A stretch of DNA of 64,000 nt. Origin: Burkholderiales bacterium (GTDB lineage Bacteria > Pseudomonadota > Gammaproteobacteria > Burkholderiales > JAHFRG01). Of the stretch, positions 21,203 to 32,525 are shown piece by piece. Positions within the stretch are counted from its first letter, which is position 1. Every line of letters starts with the position of its first letter. Position numbers and translations under genes: made by a program. The DNA lies in the NCBI GenBank assembly GCA_035518095.1, contig DATIXX010000005.1, forward strand, positions 421 to 64,420, in the 5' to 3' direction. The notes below the pieces were generated by a model. It saw only the letters and a list, made by a program, of their open reading frames with translations, did not search any database and was not told where the DNA came from.

Positions 21203-21931
21203 ATGACTATAGCGCGCCTTTTTCATTCCCAAAACTTGGCCTCCGGTCGCGAAATTTGTCTTGATGACGCGGCTGCGCGCCACGCAGTAAGTGCGTTGCG
21301 CCTTAAGAAGGACGACGCAGTCGTATTGTTCAACGGCATGGGCGGAGAATATCCGGCGCGGATCATCGGTATCGTCAAAAATGGAGTGACGGTGCTAACC
21401 GGAGATTGGCAAAACATCGAGCGCGAACCATTATTGCAAATACTTCTCGCGCAAGCTGTGTCGTCCGCCGAGAAGATGAATTTAACGGTGCAAAAAGCAG
21501 TGGAACTGGGCGCGGCCCTGGTACAGCCGCTTGCCAGTCAACGCGGCGTGGGACGCACCAGCGCTGCGCACGCACAAAAGCGCGTACAGCACTGGCGCAA
21601 GGTCGCGATCGCCGCTTGCGAGCAATGCGGGCGCAACCGCATCCCGCAAATTGCAGAAATGATTTCTCTTAAAAAGTTTCTCGCTATTCCAGGTAAAGGC
21701 TTGCGGATAATGCTTTCTCCCGAAGGCGGTGCATCATTCAAGCGGCTTGAATTCAAGGATCGCGCGATAACCGTTCTGGTAGGCGCGGAGGGCGGTTTGA
21801 CGTCAGAAGAGAGCCGGGCGGCTCGTGACGCCGGTTTTATTCCGGTCACATTGGGAAGGCGCGTCTTGCGCACTGAAACTGCGGGGCTTGCTGCCCTTGC
21901 CGCGATCCAGACCTTATGGGGAGACTTTTGA
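21203..21931 (+). CDS. rsmE: 16S rRNA (uracil1498-N3)-methyltransferase
   Basis: 242 aa. N-terminal PUA-like RFF motif region, and a C-terminal SPOUT knot (LVGAEGGLTSEE..LGRRVLRTETA). Confidence 0.9.
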   Translation: MTIARLFHSQNLASGREICLDDAAARHAVSALRLKKDDAVVLFNGMGGEYPARIIGIVKNGVTVLTGDWQNIEREPLLQILLAQAVSSAEKMNLTVQKAVELGAALVQPLASQRGVGRTSAAHAQKRVQHWRKVAIAACEQCGRNRIPQIAEMISLKKFLAIPGKGLRIMLSPEGGASFKRLEFKDRAITVLVGAEGGLTSEESRAARDAGFIPVTLGRRVLRTETAGLAALAAIQTLWGDF

Positions 21932-22855
21932 ATGTACGCCATCGTTGTTCATGGAGGTGCGGGCGCTTGGAGAACGCACTATGAACGATCAGCGCTACAA
22001 GGTGTGAGGCGGGCGGCGGAAGCCGGAGTAACCTTGCTGGCACAGGGAAAATCCGCGCTCGATGCGGTAACCGCGGCAGTGGAATCGCTGGAGGACGATC
22101 CGGTATTCAACGCCGGCACAGGCTCGGTGCTGAACCTGCAAGGTGAAGCCCAGATGGACGCAAGCGTCATGGTAAGCGACAGGCTGCGCGCGGGCGGCGT
22201 CACGTGCCTGAGCCGCGTAAAGAATCCGGTGCGGGTCGCACGCAAGGTCATGGAGAAAACCAATCATGTATTGCTGGCTGACCAAGGGGCGCTCAGTTTT
22301 GCGCGCGCAATGGGTTTTACCGACTTTGATCCGGTAACTCGGGAACAACGCGCCATTTGGCAGAAGAAATGCCAGGCGCTATCTGCGGCAAAAGGTAAAA
22401 GCAGCCTGCAGCGGCTGATAAAACACTATGCCGGCCTGCGCGGCGGAACAGTGGGCGCAGTGGCTTTGGATCGGCGCGGCTGTTTTGCTGCCGCGACATC
22501 CAGCGGCGGATTGACGCTGAAACTTCCCGGGCGGGTCGGGGACACTCCTGTGCCGGGAGCAGGGAATTACGCCACGTCTTTCGGGGCGGCATCCGCCACC
22601 GGCCTGGGTGAGGTGGCACTGCGGTATCTCGTGACCAAATCGGTGTGCGATTTGCTGGCGCAAGGCAGGAATGCGCAGCAAGCCGTGGATGAAGTGCTGT
22701 CGCTACTGGTGCTGGAGCCGCACGCGGGCATGGGCATCATCACATTAGACAAACAGGGCAACATAGGCGTGGGACATTGCAGCCGAGCCATGCCACACGC
22801 TTATTGCGCTCCTGGAAAGGCGGGAATCGCGGCGAGAATGCAGGTCAAAGTCTAA
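21932..22855 (+). CDS. Isoaspartyl peptidase / L-asparaginase (Ntn hydrolase)
   Basis: 307 aa. Autocleavage-site context GTVGAVALD, and the GAGNYA motif. Confidence 0.88.
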   Translation: MYAIVVHGGAGAWRTHYERSALQGVRRAAEAGVTLLAQGKSALDAVTAAVESLEDDPVFNAGTGSVLNLQGEAQMDASVMVSDRLRAGGVTCLSRVKNPVRVARKVMEKTNHVLLADQGALSFARAMGFTDFDPVTREQRAIWQKKCQALSAAKGKSSLQRLIKHYAGLRGGTVGAVALDRRGCFAAATSSGGLTLKLPGRVGDTPVPGAGNYATSFGAASATGLGEVALRYLVTKSVCDLLAQGRNAQQAVDEVLSLLVLEPHAGMGIITLDKQGNIGVGHCSRAMPHAYCAPGKAGIAARMQVKV

Positions 22856-22871
22856 ATGTTGTCCGGGGTTG

Positions 22872-24707
22872 TCAGGCGGCTTCGCGCGCAGCCCGCTTGC
22901 GCTCGAGTTCGTTCAAGTGGCGCTTGCGGATGCGGATGGTTTTGGGGGTAATTTCCACCAGTTCGTCGTCGGCGATAAACTCGACGGCCCGCTCCAAGGT
23001 AAGCGTAATCGGCGGCGTGAGCATGATGGCCTCGTCCTTTCCGGCGGCGCGTACGTTGGTGAGCTGTTTGGTTTTGATCGGATTCACGATCAGATCGTTG
23101 TCGCGGTTGTGAATGCCGATCACCATGCCCTCGTACACGCGATCGCCGGGGTTCACGAGCATCCGGCCGCGCTCTTGCAGCTTCCACAGCGCGTAGGCGA
23201 CCGCGGCGCCGTCCTCGGCCGACACCAAAACTCCGTTGCGCCGTTCGGGGATTTCCGCTTTCATCGGAGCGTAGCAATCAAACACGTGGCTTAAGATCCC
23301 GGTACCGCGGGTCAACGTCATGAAATCCGACTGGAAGCCGATCAGCCCTCGCGCCGGGATTCGGTAATCGAGCCGCACGCGGCCCCGGCCGCCAGGCGCC
23401 ATGTCCTGAAGCTCGCCGCGCCTCTCGCCCAAAGCTTCCATAACCGCGCCCTGATGGCCTTCTTCCAAGTCGACGGTGAGCATTTCAAACGGTTCACATT
23501 TCTCGCCGTTGATTTCCCGAATTACAACCCGCGGGCGGGACACCGCTAGCTCATAACCTTCCCGGCGCATATTTTCCAGCAGAATGGTGAGATGCAGTTC
23601 GCCCCTGCCGGAGACCCGGAAAATATCCGTGTCCGCAGTCTCCTCGATGCGCAGCGCCACGTTGGTCAGCACTTCCTTATGCAGGCGTTCGCGCAGTCGA
23701 CGGCTGGTCACGAATTTTCCCTCTTGTCCGGCATAGGGCGAGGTGTTGACTTGAAAATTCATGGTGAGCGTGGGTTCGTCCACTGCCAGCAGCGGCAAAG
23801 CGTCCGGTTGCCCCGGGTCGGCGAGGGTCGTGCCAATGCCGATCTCCTCGATGCCGTTCACCAGTACGATGTCGCCAACTTCGGCGACCTCCATGGGTAC
23901 CCGGTTCAAGCCCTGGAAGCACAGCACTTGATTCACGCGCGCGTTTTTCGGTTCGTCGCGACCGTTCAGAATAACGACGTCCTGGGCGGCTTTGAGACGC
24001 CCGCGGCGGATGCGCCCGATGCCGATGCGCCCAACGAAGTTTGAGTAATCCAACGCGCTGATCTGAAGCTGCAGCGGCTCATCCGGATTGCCGGCAGGAG
24101 CCGGCACATGGTTGAGTATGGCGTCGAACAGCGGCCGCATAGACTGTTCCTCACCCGCTCCACTGCTCTGCGCGTCCGCAAGATCGAGCACCGCCCAACC
24201 ATTGAGCGCGGAGGCATAGATGACCGGAAAATCCAGTTGCTCTTCGGAGGCGCCCAGTTTGTCGAATAACTCAAAAGTGTGGTTCACGACCCAGTCCGGG
24301 CGGGCGCCGGGGCGATCCATCTTGTTTACAACCACAATAAATTTCAAACCCTGGGCCAGCGCTTTGCGCGTCACAAAACGAGTCTGGGGCATGGGCCCTT
24401 CAACCGCATCGACCAGGAGCAGCGCGCCATCCACCATTGACAGCACGCGCTCAACTTCGCCACCGAAATCAGCATGACCCGGCGTGTCAACGATGTTGAT
24501 GTGCGTGCCTTGGTAATTGACTGCCGTGTTCTTCGCGAGAATGGTGATGCCGCGCTCTCGCTCCAAATCATTGCTGTCCATGACCCGCTCAGCCACCTGC
24601 TGATGGGCGGCGAATGTCCCCGCCTGGTGGAGCAGCTTGTCCACCAGCGTGGTCTTGCCGTGATCCACGTGGGCAATAATGGCGATGTTGCGAATTGCGC
24701 GAGGCAT
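22872..24707 (-). CDS. typA: Translational GTPase TypA/BipA
   Basis: ORF 22872..24728 (TTG), trimmed to the ATG at 24707, which is preceded by [21 protein letters not shown] and [14 protein letters not shown]. Confidence 0.95.
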   Translation of the reverse strand: MPRAIRNIAIIAHVDHGKTTLVDKLLHQAGTFAAHQQVAERVMDSNDLERERGITILAKNTAVNYQGTHINIVDTPGHADFGGEVERVLSMVDGALLLVDAVEGPMPQTRFVTRKALAQGLKFIVVVNKMDRPGARPDWVVNHTFELFDKLGASEEQLDFPVIYASALNGWAVLDLADAQSSGAGEEQSMRPLFDAILNHVPAPAGNPDEPLQLQISALDYSNFVGRIGIGRIRRGRLKAAQDVVILNGRDEPKNARVNQVLCFQGLNRVPMEVAEVGDIVLVNGIEEIGIGTTLADPGQPDALPLLAVDEPTLTMNFQVNTSPYAGQEGKFVTSRRLRERLHKEVLTNVALRIEETADTDIFRVSGRGELHLTILLENMRREGYELAVSRPRVVIREINGEKCEPFEMLTVDLEEGHQGAVMEALGERRGELQDMAPGGRGRVRLDYRIPARGLIGFQSDFMTLTRGTGILSHVFDCYAPMKAEIPERRNGVLVSAEDGAAVAYALWKLQERGRMLVNPGDRVYEGMVIGIHNRDNDLIVNPIKTKQLTNVRAAGKDEAIMLTPPITLTLERAVEFIADDELVEITPKTIRIRKRHLNELERKRAAREAA

Positions 24708-24955
24708 GCCGAGCTTCCGGTTTGACAAAAGTCGCGCATTGTAACACTAAAGAGCTCAGACGGCCCGCATGGCTTTTTTCCCGTCGCCAATTTGCAACCG
24801 TCAAACAGCGTTGCCGCGCCCGGTCGCGGATTACACACCGCCGTGGACGCGTGGGGGTTAAACAGAGGTTCGCTGGCTTTTCCTGGAAGTACTTATCGAT
24901 TATGATGCTACGCAAGGCAAAACATTCGGTCGTATCATCCTTCCCCCGTTTAATC

Positions 24956-26284
24956 ATGCGCAACACGACTCCCACCGATGCCATAGCCTTCGTGCAATGG
25001 CTGCGTTCGGTTGCCCCCTACATACATGCGTTCCGCGGACGCACTTTCGTTATTGCCTTCGGCGGCGAGGTGGTAAGCGATGGCGGATTTATCGCGCTGA
25101 CGCATGATTTCAATTTATTGCACAGCCTCGGGATACGCTTGGTGCTGGTGCACGGCGCGCGTCTTCAAATCGAAGAGAGGCTCAAGGCACTGGATCATGC
25201 GAGCCGATACGTCAAAGGTCTGCGCGTTACCGACAATACGGCTCTGCAATGCGCCAAAGAGGCGGTCGGCCGTATCCGCGTGGAAATAGAGGCGCTGCTG
25301 TCCACCGGATTGCCCGATTCACCCATGGCGGGTGCTCAAATCCGCGTCGCCAGCGGCAACTTTGTGATTGCCAGACCCATGGGCGTGATTGAAGGCGTGG
25401 ATCTGCAGCATACCGGGGAGGTGCGGAAGATTGATGCTGCCGCAATACAGAAACGCCTGGGTGAGGGGGAAATTGCGTTGCTTTCACCGCTGGGTTATTC
25501 GCCGACCGGCGAGATTTTCAATCTCGCTCTGGAAGACGTCGCGACATCTGCGGCCACCGCGCTGTGCGCAGACAAACTGATATTTCTGACGGAAGAGGAT
25601 GGCGTCACCGACGCTTCCGGAAGGCTGCTGAAAGAACTTACCGTTCCGGAAGCAGAGAAATTATTGTCCAAACAGACAAGATTATCGGGCGATGCGAGGC
25701 TGTATCTGCCGCGTGCAGTGCACGCCTGCCGCGAAGGCGTCGCGCGCGCGCACCTGCTGTCGCGCCATGTTGACGGTGCCTTGCTGCTGGAACTGTTTAC
25801 CCACGAGGGAATAGGCAGCATGGTGGCACCGGCCGCATTGCAAAAGCTGCGCCAGGCGCAAATCGAAGATGCCGGCGGCATACTGGCGCTGATCGAGCCG
25901 CTTGAAAATGAAGGCATGCTGGTGCGGCGCCCGCGCGAGCTGCTGGAAATGGAAATGAGCCGCTTCAGCCTTATCGAGCACGACGGCGTGATTGTCGGTT
26001 GCGCCGCACTATATCCTTTTCCGCGCGATAACGCCGGCGAGCTGGCTTGCCTGGTGGTACATGAGAATTACCGCAAGCGGAGCTACGGCGACGCTCTGCT
26101 CAAGTGCATTGAGAAACAAGCAGTCGACGCCGGCATGCGCAGGCTGTTCGTGCTGACCACACGCGCGGCACATTGGTTTATCGAGCGCGGGTTTAAAGAA
26201 GGGACAATTGAGCAGCTGCCGGAGCAGAAGCAGCTGCTTTACAATTACCAACGCCGCTCCAAGGTATTGGTAAGGAGACTTTAA
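24956..26284 (+). CDS. argA: Amino-acid N-acetyltransferase (N-acetylglutamate synthase)
   Basis: ORF 24695..26284, trimmed to the ATG at 24956 (MRNTTPTDAIAFVQWLRSVAPYIHAFRGRTFVIAFGGE). N-terminal AAK domain plus C-terminal GNAT. Confidence 0.93.
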   Translation: MRNTTPTDAIAFVQWLRSVAPYIHAFRGRTFVIAFGGEVVSDGGFIALTHDFNLLHSLGIRLVLVHGARLQIEERLKALDHASRYVKGLRVTDNTALQCAKEAVGRIRVEIEALLSTGLPDSPMAGAQIRVASGNFVIARPMGVIEGVDLQHTGEVRKIDAAAIQKRLGEGEIALLSPLGYSPTGEIFNLALEDVATSAATALCADKLIFLTEEDGVTDASGRLLKELTVPEAEKLLSKQTRLSGDARLYLPRAVHACREGVARAHLLSRHVDGALLLELFTHEGIGSMVAPAALQKLRQAQIEDAGGILALIEPLENEGMLVRRPRELLEMEMSRFSLIEHDGVIVGCAALYPFPRDNAGELACLVVHENYRKRSYGDALLKCIEKQAVDAGMRRLFVLTTRAAHWFIERGFKEGTIEQLPEQKQLLYNYQRRSKVLVRRL

Positions 26285-26325
26285 AAATAATGACGGCTGT
26301 TGGCTGAACAGGAAAGCTGTAAATC

Positions 26326-29139
26326 GTGAACTGGTTTTTGCAAACTAAATCGCTGCGCGTGAAGCTGGTGTTGATCAGCGTGCTGGTGGAGGCCTTGATG
26401 CTGTCGCTGCTGGTTGCCAACAGTATCCTGCTGATCGATAGCGCACTGGACGAGCAGGTAAAAGAGCGCATGAAGCTGCTTGCGCCGATACTCAGTGCGT
26501 CTCTTGCCACGCCAATTGCTCAAGGCGATGAGATCTTGATCAAACAGATTCTCGGCAGCGCCCAAGCCGAACAAGGGCTCAGATTCGCGCTCCTGTATGA
26601 CAACAAAGGCAAGTTGCTCGTTGCGGAAGGGCACCCCGTGTCCGCAGCCGACCCGCCCGAGGTTTACGATACCTGGTTTCCAATAGAGCGTGACGGCAAA
26701 ACTTACGGCAATTTGCGAATGGGCGTGTCCACCGCATTCCTGGATGTGGCAAAGCACAGGCTGTTCTGGGAGAGCCTGGTGATCGCCGGGGGCGAGGTCG
26801 CTTTGTCCTTGCTGTTGTTTCTGGCGCTGGGATACTGGCTGGCCCGGCATTTGGGAGAGCTTGCAGAGGCCGGTAAGGCCATGGCAAGCGGAAATTACGC
26901 GGTGCGCGTGGCGGTGGATTCCGCCGATGAAGTGGGCAAACTCACCACCACGTTCAACACCATGGCCGAAGCAGTGCAGAATCAGGTTAAGACCTTGCGC
27001 GAGGGTGAAGCAAAATTTCGCGCCATTGCCGATTACAGTCATGACTGGGAGATGTGGGCCGATCCCGCGGGCAAAGTGATCTGGGTGAACCCTTCGGTGC
27101 AGCGTCTGACCGGTTATTCTCCGACTGAATGTCTCGAAATGAAGGATTTTCCTGCAGCGATAATCGAGCCGGAAGACAGCCAGCGTTCGCGTGAATTATC
27201 ATTGCAGCTTGCCCAGCGCACGAGAGGCAGCGGCATTGAATTCCGCGTACGGCGCAAAAACGGATCGAGTTTCTGGGCGGCGGCCACCTGGCAACCGGTT
27301 TACGGCAACCGAAATGAATATCTAGGGGTTCGTTGCAGCATTCGCGATATCACCGAGCGCAAGGATGAAGAGTTCAACTTGCAGGCGACGATAAGGCGGC
27401 TGGAACGTGCGCAAGGCAGTGAACGCCTGGATTTCGTGCACGCGCAGGAAGAACGGTCCCGTCTAATTTCTCTGCTTACGGCGATGGACATGGGCATCCT
27501 GTTTCTCGGCACGGACGGGGTGGTTTACTGCAACCCGACATTGATGCGCGTGTGGGGTTTCACCCCGGACATTCATTTGCAGGGAATGAATACCGAGAAT
27601 TTGCTGGCCGTAGTGACCAAGCAGGTGGCCCGTCCGCAAGAATATGCGCAGCATGTGCTGCAGGTGGTTGCAACCGATGAAAATACCAAGGAATATGAAT
27701 TTACGCTGGCCGACGGGCGTATGCTGCTGGAATCGACCTATCTAACACGCGGAGATAATGGGCAGGTTATAGGCAGGCTGTGGGTTTATAAGGACATAAC
27801 GCAGGAGCGGCGTAACGCGGAGCAGTTGATCTATCTTGCAGAGCGCGACGCGCTCACCGGCTTGTATAACCGCCACCGTTTCCAGCAAGAACTGGGGCGC
27901 ATGGTCGCAGAAGCGGAACGTCGAGGTTCCGCCTTGGGACTGCTGTTTTTTGACCTTGATGAATTCAAGCAAATAAACGATGCGTACGGCCATCGCGCCG
28001 GGGATGCGATACTTATCCGCGTTGCCGGTGAAGTCAATGCGCAAGTACGACGCAATGAAATCTTCAGCCGTTTGGGAGGCGATGAATTTGCGATTTTGGT
28101 CCCGGATGTAGTAGAAGACGAGCTGCGCGTCGTGGCTGAACGGATCGTGCGTTCCATATCGAATATCCGGCTGCAATACGAAGGTCATATCTTGCGCCTA
28201 AGCACCAGTCTGGGCATAGCGATGTTTCCCGATCATTCCGCGAACGCAGAGGAACTTGTGGCGCGTGCCGATGCGGCAATGTACCTCGCCAAAGAGGCCG
28301 GCAGAAACGCCTGGCGCGTGTACCGTCCCGACAGCGACAGCTCGCGGCAAATGCTGTCGCGCGTTGCCTGGAATGAGCGCATTGCTGACGCTTTGCACAA
28401 CGACCAAATGTACTTCGATTTTCAGGGGGTATTTCGCGCCGCGGACGGCGGGCGTTCACATATTGAGACACTGTTGCGAATGAAGGACGAGACCGGCGGC
28501 GTAATCATGCCCGCGGCATTCATTCCGCTAGCGGAAAAAACCGATCTGATCCTGGAAATTGACCGTTGGGTAATCAATAAAATCATTACACTGCTCGCAA
28601 GTTCCCCGGCAGTTCCCGCGATCGCAGTGAACGTATCGGGACGGTCGCTCGCTGACCCGGATTTGCCGCTTTACATCGAGAGTACATTGCGCAGTTTGGA
28701 TGTCGACCCAAGTCGGCTGATGATGGAGATAACCGAGGCGTCCGCGGTGGCAGATCTGCACGAAGCGCAGCGCTTCACCAAAGCCCTGCATCAAACCGGC
28801 TGTTTGGTCTGCCTGGATGATTTCGGAAGCGGTTTCTCTTCGTTTGCGTACCTCAGGCATTTGGACGTCGATATTGTGAAAATAGATGGCCTTTTTGTAC
28901 GGAGTTTGCCCGATGATCAAGACAACCAGGTATTTGTCAAGGCCATCGTCGATGTGGCACGCGGCATGCATAAGACCACGGTAGCTGAATCCGTGGAGGA
29001 TCTTAAGACCCTGGAAATATTGAAAGACTTTGGCGTGGACATGGTACAGGGATATTTTCTTGAGATGCCGCACTCCAACTTTGTGATGGACGAAAATGTC
29101 CTGCCGGATTCAAAAATAGTCAACAGCCGCGGGGACTAA
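26326..29139 (+). CDS. Membrane sensor diguanylate cyclase/phosphodiesterase (HAMP-PAS-PAS-GGDEF-EAL)
   Basis: 937 aa with GTG start. Two TM segments flank a periplasmic domain. [10 protein letters not shown]. The EAL domain has [27 protein letters not shown] and QGY. Confidence 0.92.
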   Translation: MNWFLQTKSLRVKLVLISVLVEALMLSLLVANSILLIDSALDEQVKERMKLLAPILSASLATPIAQGDEILIKQILGSAQAEQGLRFALLYDNKGKLLVAEGHPVSAADPPEVYDTWFPIERDGKTYGNLRMGVSTAFLDVAKHRLFWESLVIAGGEVALSLLLFLALGYWLARHLGELAEAGKAMASGNYAVRVAVDSADEVGKLTTTFNTMAEAVQNQVKTLREGEAKFRAIADYSHDWEMWADPAGKVIWVNPSVQRLTGYSPTECLEMKDFPAAIIEPEDSQRSRELSLQLAQRTRGSGIEFRVRRKNGSSFWAAATWQPVYGNRNEYLGVRCSIRDITERKDEEFNLQATIRRLERAQGSERLDFVHAQEERSRLISLLTAMDMGILFLGTDGVVYCNPTLMRVWGFTPDIHLQGMNTENLLAVVTKQVARPQEYAQHVLQVVATDENTKEYEFTLADGRMLLESTYLTRGDNGQVIGRLWVYKDITQERRNAEQLIYLAERDALTGLYNRHRFQQELGRMVAEAERRGSALGLLFFDLDEFKQINDAYGHRAGDAILIRVAGEVNAQVRRNEIFSRLGGDEFAILVPDVVEDELRVVAERIVRSISNIRLQYEGHILRLSTSLGIAMFPDHSANAEELVARADAAMYLAKEAGRNAWRVYRPDSDSSRQMLSRVAWNERIADALHNDQMYFDFQGVFRAADGGRSHIETLLRMKDETGGVIMPAAFIPLAEKTDLILEIDRWVINKIITLLASSPAVPAIAVNVSGRSLADPDLPLYIESTLRSLDVDPSRLMMEITEASAVADLHEAQRFTKALHQTGCLVCLDDFGSGFSSFAYLRHLDVDIVKIDGLFVRSLPDDQDNQVFVKAIVDVARGMHKTTVAESVEDLKTLEILKDFGVDMVQGYFLEMPHSNFVMDENVLPDSKIVNSRGD

Positions 29140-29140
29140 A

Positions 29141-29419
29141 ATGGCGAGAACGGTGAAGTGCGTCAAGCTGGGACGCGAGGCCGAGGGTCTGGACTATCTA
29201 CCCTATCCCGGGGAGCTGGGAAAGCGTATTTTTGAGAACGTATCGAAAGAGGCGTGGAAGGTCTGGCTCGAACACCAAAAAATGCTGGTCAACGAGAACC
29301 GGCTGAACTTGGCTGATCCTAACGCCAGAAAATATCTCGCGGAGCAAATGGAGAAACATTTCTTCGGGACCGGTGCCGACGTCGCCGCCGGTTATGTGCC
29401 CCCAGGTCGAAGTAAGTAA
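29141..29419 (+). CDS. yggX: Fe(2+)-trafficking / oxidative damage protection protein YggX
   Basis: 92 aa. [47 protein letters not shown] matches the YggX family. Confidence 0.9.
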   Translation: MARTVKCVKLGREAEGLDYLPYPGELGKRIFENVSKEAWKVWLEHQKMLVNENRLNLADPNARKYLAEQMEKHFFGTGADVAAGYVPPGRSK

Positions 29420-29424
29420 GCTGT

Positions 29425-30081
29425 TCAGGTATAGGTTTTAACCCCGTCTGCGCTGCCTAGCAGCAGAACATCAGCGGGCCGCTTGGCGAAAATGCCGTTG
29501 CACACCATGCCCGTTATCTGATTGAGATTGGCCTCCAAATCGAGCGGGTTGAGAATCTGCATGCCGCGCACGTCAAGAAGGATATTGCCGTTGTCGGTCG
29601 TGAAGCCGATGCGTAGTTCGGGAAATCCGCCGAGTTTAACCAGCTCGCGCGCTACATAGCCTCGCGCCATCGGTATTACTTCGACCGGCAACGGAAACTT
29701 ACCGAGCACGTCAACCAATTTGCTTTGGTCAGCAATGCATACGAATTTACGTGCCGTCGCGGCGACGATTTTTTCGCGCGTCAACGCGCCGCCCCCTCCT
29801 TTTATCATATGCAGATGCCGGGTGATCTCATCTGCTCCATCCACATAAACCGCCAGCTCATTCACACTGTTCAAATCCAGCACCGGAATGCCGAGGCCTT
29901 TCAATTTCTGTGCAGTAGCCACGGAACTCGCGACCGCGCCTTCGAGCTTGTGCTTGATCTTGGCGAGCTCGGCAATGAAGTAGTTTGTGGTCGAGCCGCT
30001 GCCAACGCCAACGGTGCAACCATCGGGCACATATTGAATAGCGGCGCGCGCTGCAGCCAGCTTTAATTCATCCTGGGTCAT
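29425..30081 (-). CDS. rpiA: Ribose-5-phosphate isomerase A
   Basis: 218 aa. [17 protein letters not shown] and [11 protein letters not shown] motifs. Confidence 0.93.
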   Translation of the reverse strand: MTQDELKLAAARAAIQYVPDGCTVGVGSGSTTNYFIAELAKIKHKLEGAVASSVATAQKLKGLGIPVLDLNSVNELAVYVDGADEITRHLHMIKGGGGALTREKIVAATARKFVCIADQSKLVDVLGKFPLPVEVIPMARGYVARELVKLGGFPELRIGFTTDNGNILLDVRGMQILNPLDLEANLNQITGMVCNGIFAKRPADVLLLGSADGVKTYT

Positions 30082-30223
30082 GTAGCAGGTCCCTAGTACA
30101 CCCTTTGCTTAGAATACCCATAAGCGCTGCATTCCACAATTGGCGCACCGATAACACCGGCGCCCACTTCTTGTTTTTCGTCAATCCTGATACCCTTTCG
30201 CTTTGCCGATTAGTTTAACCACG

Positions 30224-31735
30224 ATGCAAAAAGATTATCTGGAAAAAATTCTCGCATCCCGCGTCTATGAAGTAGCGCAGGAAACCCCCCTTGAACTCGC
30301 GCCCAATCTTTCGCGGCGAATGCACAACCGCCTGCTGCTCAAGCGCGAAGATGTACAGCAGGTATTTTCATTCAAGCTGCGCGGTGCCTACAACAAAATG
30401 GCGCAGCTTCCCAAAGCAGCGCTGAAGCGCGGTGTAATTGCGGCCTCCGCAGGCAACCACGCGCAAGGCGTGGCGCTTGCAGCGCAAAAGCTCGGCTGCA
30501 AAGCGATCATCGTCATGCCGGCGACTACGCCCCAGATCAAGGTACAGGCGGTGGCGGCGCGCGGCGCCGAGGTGGTTTTGCACGGCGATTCCTATGATGA
30601 GGCCTATTTTCACGCGCGCCAGCTGGAGCGCGCGCGCAAGCTTACGTTTGTTCACCCCTACGATGATCCAGACGTAATCGCCGGGCAGGGCACGATCGGC
30701 ATGGAAATTTTGCGTCAATGGACGCGCCCGATCTACGCAATTTTTGTCGCGGTGGGCGGCGGAGGCCTGATTTCAGGAATCGCGGCGTATGTGAAACGAT
30801 TGCGCCCGGAAATCAAAATTATCGGCGTACAGCCGGTGGATGCGGACGCGATGACGCGCTCGTTGAAGGCCGGCCGGCGTGTGAAACTCAGTCAAGTGGG
30901 TTTGTTCGCGGATGGTGTCGCGGTCAAGGAAGTAGGCAGCGAAACCTTCCGCCTGTGCCGAAAATACGTTGATAACATGGTGCTGGTGGATACTGACGCT
31001 GTTTGCGCGGCAATCAAGGACGTGTTCGAGGACACCCGCAGCATACTAGAACCCGCGGGCGCGCTGGCGATTGCCGGCGCCAAAGCGTACGCCGATCGGA
31101 GAAAGCTGAAAGACAAAACCCTGATTGCGGTCGCTTGCGGAGCCAACATGAATTTCGACCGACTGCGGTTTGTTGCGGAAAACGCAGAGCTTGGAGAAAA
31201 GCGAGAAGCAATTCTTGCCGTGACCATTCCCGAGCATCCCGGCAGTTTCAAGCAATTCTGTTCGCTGCTGGGCAAACGCAACATCACTGAGTTCAACTAC
31301 CGTATCGCTGACCCAGAGGAAGCACACATTTTTGTCGGCATTCAGGTGCATGACAGCGAAGAAACCGCGAAACTGGTTACCCTGCTGGAGCGCCATCACC
31401 TGCGCACTCTGGATTTTTCCGACAACGAAATGGCCAAACTCCATGTTCGCCATCTCGTGGGCGGCCACGCGCTGCTTGCCGACAACGAGCTGCTTTACCG
31501 CTTTGAATTTCCGGAACGGCCCGGCGCGCTGATGAAGTTCCTGAACAGCATGCGTTCCGACTGGAACATCAGCCTTTTTCATTACCGCAACCATGGCGCC
31601 GATTACGGGCGCGTGCTGGTGGGAATGCAGGTACCCCCGCAAGAGATGGCGGAATTCCGCAGATTTCTCGGCAAGCTTGGCTACGCATATTGGGACGAAT
31701 CACGCAACCCGGCGTACAAGCTGTTCTTGGGCTAA
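30224..31735 (+). CDS. ilvA: Threonine ammonia-lyase, biosynthetic
   Basis: ORF 30203 (TTG), trimmed to the ATG at 30224. PLP lysine motif FSFKLRGAYN, and two C-terminal ACT-like repeats. Confidence 0.95.
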   Translation: MQKDYLEKILASRVYEVAQETPLELAPNLSRRMHNRLLLKREDVQQVFSFKLRGAYNKMAQLPKAALKRGVIAASAGNHAQGVALAAQKLGCKAIIVMPATTPQIKVQAVAARGAEVVLHGDSYDEAYFHARQLERARKLTFVHPYDDPDVIAGQGTIGMEILRQWTRPIYAIFVAVGGGGLISGIAAYVKRLRPEIKIIGVQPVDADAMTRSLKAGRRVKLSQVGLFADGVAVKEVGSETFRLCRKYVDNMVLVDTDAVCAAIKDVFEDTRSILEPAGALAIAGAKAYADRRKLKDKTLIAVACGANMNFDRLRFVAENAELGEKREAILAVTIPEHPGSFKQFCSLLGKRNITEFNYRIADPEEAHIFVGIQVHDSEETAKLVTLLERHHLRTLDFSDNEMAKLHVRHLVGGHALLADNELLYRFEFPERPGALMKFLNSMRSDWNISLFHYRNHGADYGRVLVGMQVPPQEMAEFRRFLGKLGYAYWDESRNPAYKLFLG

Positions 31736-31744
31736 ATAACCGGT

Positions 31745-32437
31745 TTAGTCTTGTTTGCCTCCGAAATAATCGTCGGCAAACTCGTGAACGTAACACGCCG
31801 GCGAGCTGTATTGCCCGGGCTCTGATTCTGGTCCATTTCTGGCGAGCAATTCGATTTTTCCGTCGCGTCGCCGGTAGACTCCGCGCTCGGTGACGATATA
31901 ATCCATCGGAACATCGTAGGGCTGCGGCTCGATAGTTGTGACTCTAGCCAGCTCATACGCGATCCCGATGACGCAAGGGCGATTTTTCAGACTGGCCAGG
32001 GTTCGGTCGAAATAACCTCCGCCGTAGCCGAGGCGATGGCCCTGCTCGTCATACCCGTTCATTGGTACCAGTATGGTATCAGGCGTCAATTCTTGCGATT
32101 GCGCGGGGTAGGGAATGTCGTAGACACCCCTGGCCATGGGGACGCCGGGGTGCCATTCGCGAAAAATCATCGGCGTTTTTGGAGCCAAGACCACCGGCAA
32201 GGCGGTTACAGCACCGCGATTTCGCATCTCGCGCATCAGGAAGCGCGCGTCAAATTCATTTTGGTGCGGCCAGCAGAATGCGATCACGCCGTGCGCCAAA
32301 TTGGGAAATGCGCGCTGCAAGTGGCTGTTGATGGCTTCGTTCCACGAGCGCCGATCCTCAGCAGCAACTGCGAGGCGCTTTGCAATTAGTTCGGCGCGCA
32401 GTTGCTTGCGCCAGACTTTGAGTTGAGCAGTATCCAT
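31745..32437 (-). CDS. 5-formyltetrahydrofolate cyclo-ligase family protein
   Basis: 230 aa. LR..L...R at the N-terminus and GYGGGYFDRTL. It carries a C-terminal extension relative to the usual ~200 aa. Confidence 0.8.
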   Translation of the reverse strand: MDTAQLKVWRKQLRAELIAKRLAVAAEDRRSWNEAINSHLQRAFPNLAHGVIAFCWPHQNEFDARFLMREMRNRGAVTALPVVLAPKTPMIFREWHPGVPMARGVYDIPYPAQSQELTPDTILVPMNGYDEQGHRLGYGGGYFDRTLASLKNRPCVIGIAYELARVTTIEPQPYDVPMDYIVTERGVYRRRDGKIELLARNGPESEPGQYSSPACYVHEFADDYFGGKQD

Positions 32438-32525
32438 TTAACGCACGACGCAATCCTGCTGTTAGAAAGGCGAGGCTGTGGTATCCTTAGGCCTCCAGTT
32501 GGCTGATACGCGGAATATAGCAGGA

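Noticed and set aside
26281-27042. 253-aa minus-strand ORF. Similar long antisense ORFs occur at 33498..34250, 3134..3910, 58614..59315, 60099..60812 and 45378..46151.
   Set aside because: Each is fully antisense to a confidently identified gene (the GGDEF-EAL sensor, slt, dctM/Q, rodA, mrdA, metF). All have biased Arg/Gln/His composition without domains.
32438-32525. 6S RNA (ssrS), which commonly lies immediately upstream of the 5-formyl-THF cyclo-ligase gene
   Set aside because: Only 88 nt separate this gene from the divergent slt start. That is too short for a ~180-nt 6S RNA, and no long imperfect hairpin is visible.
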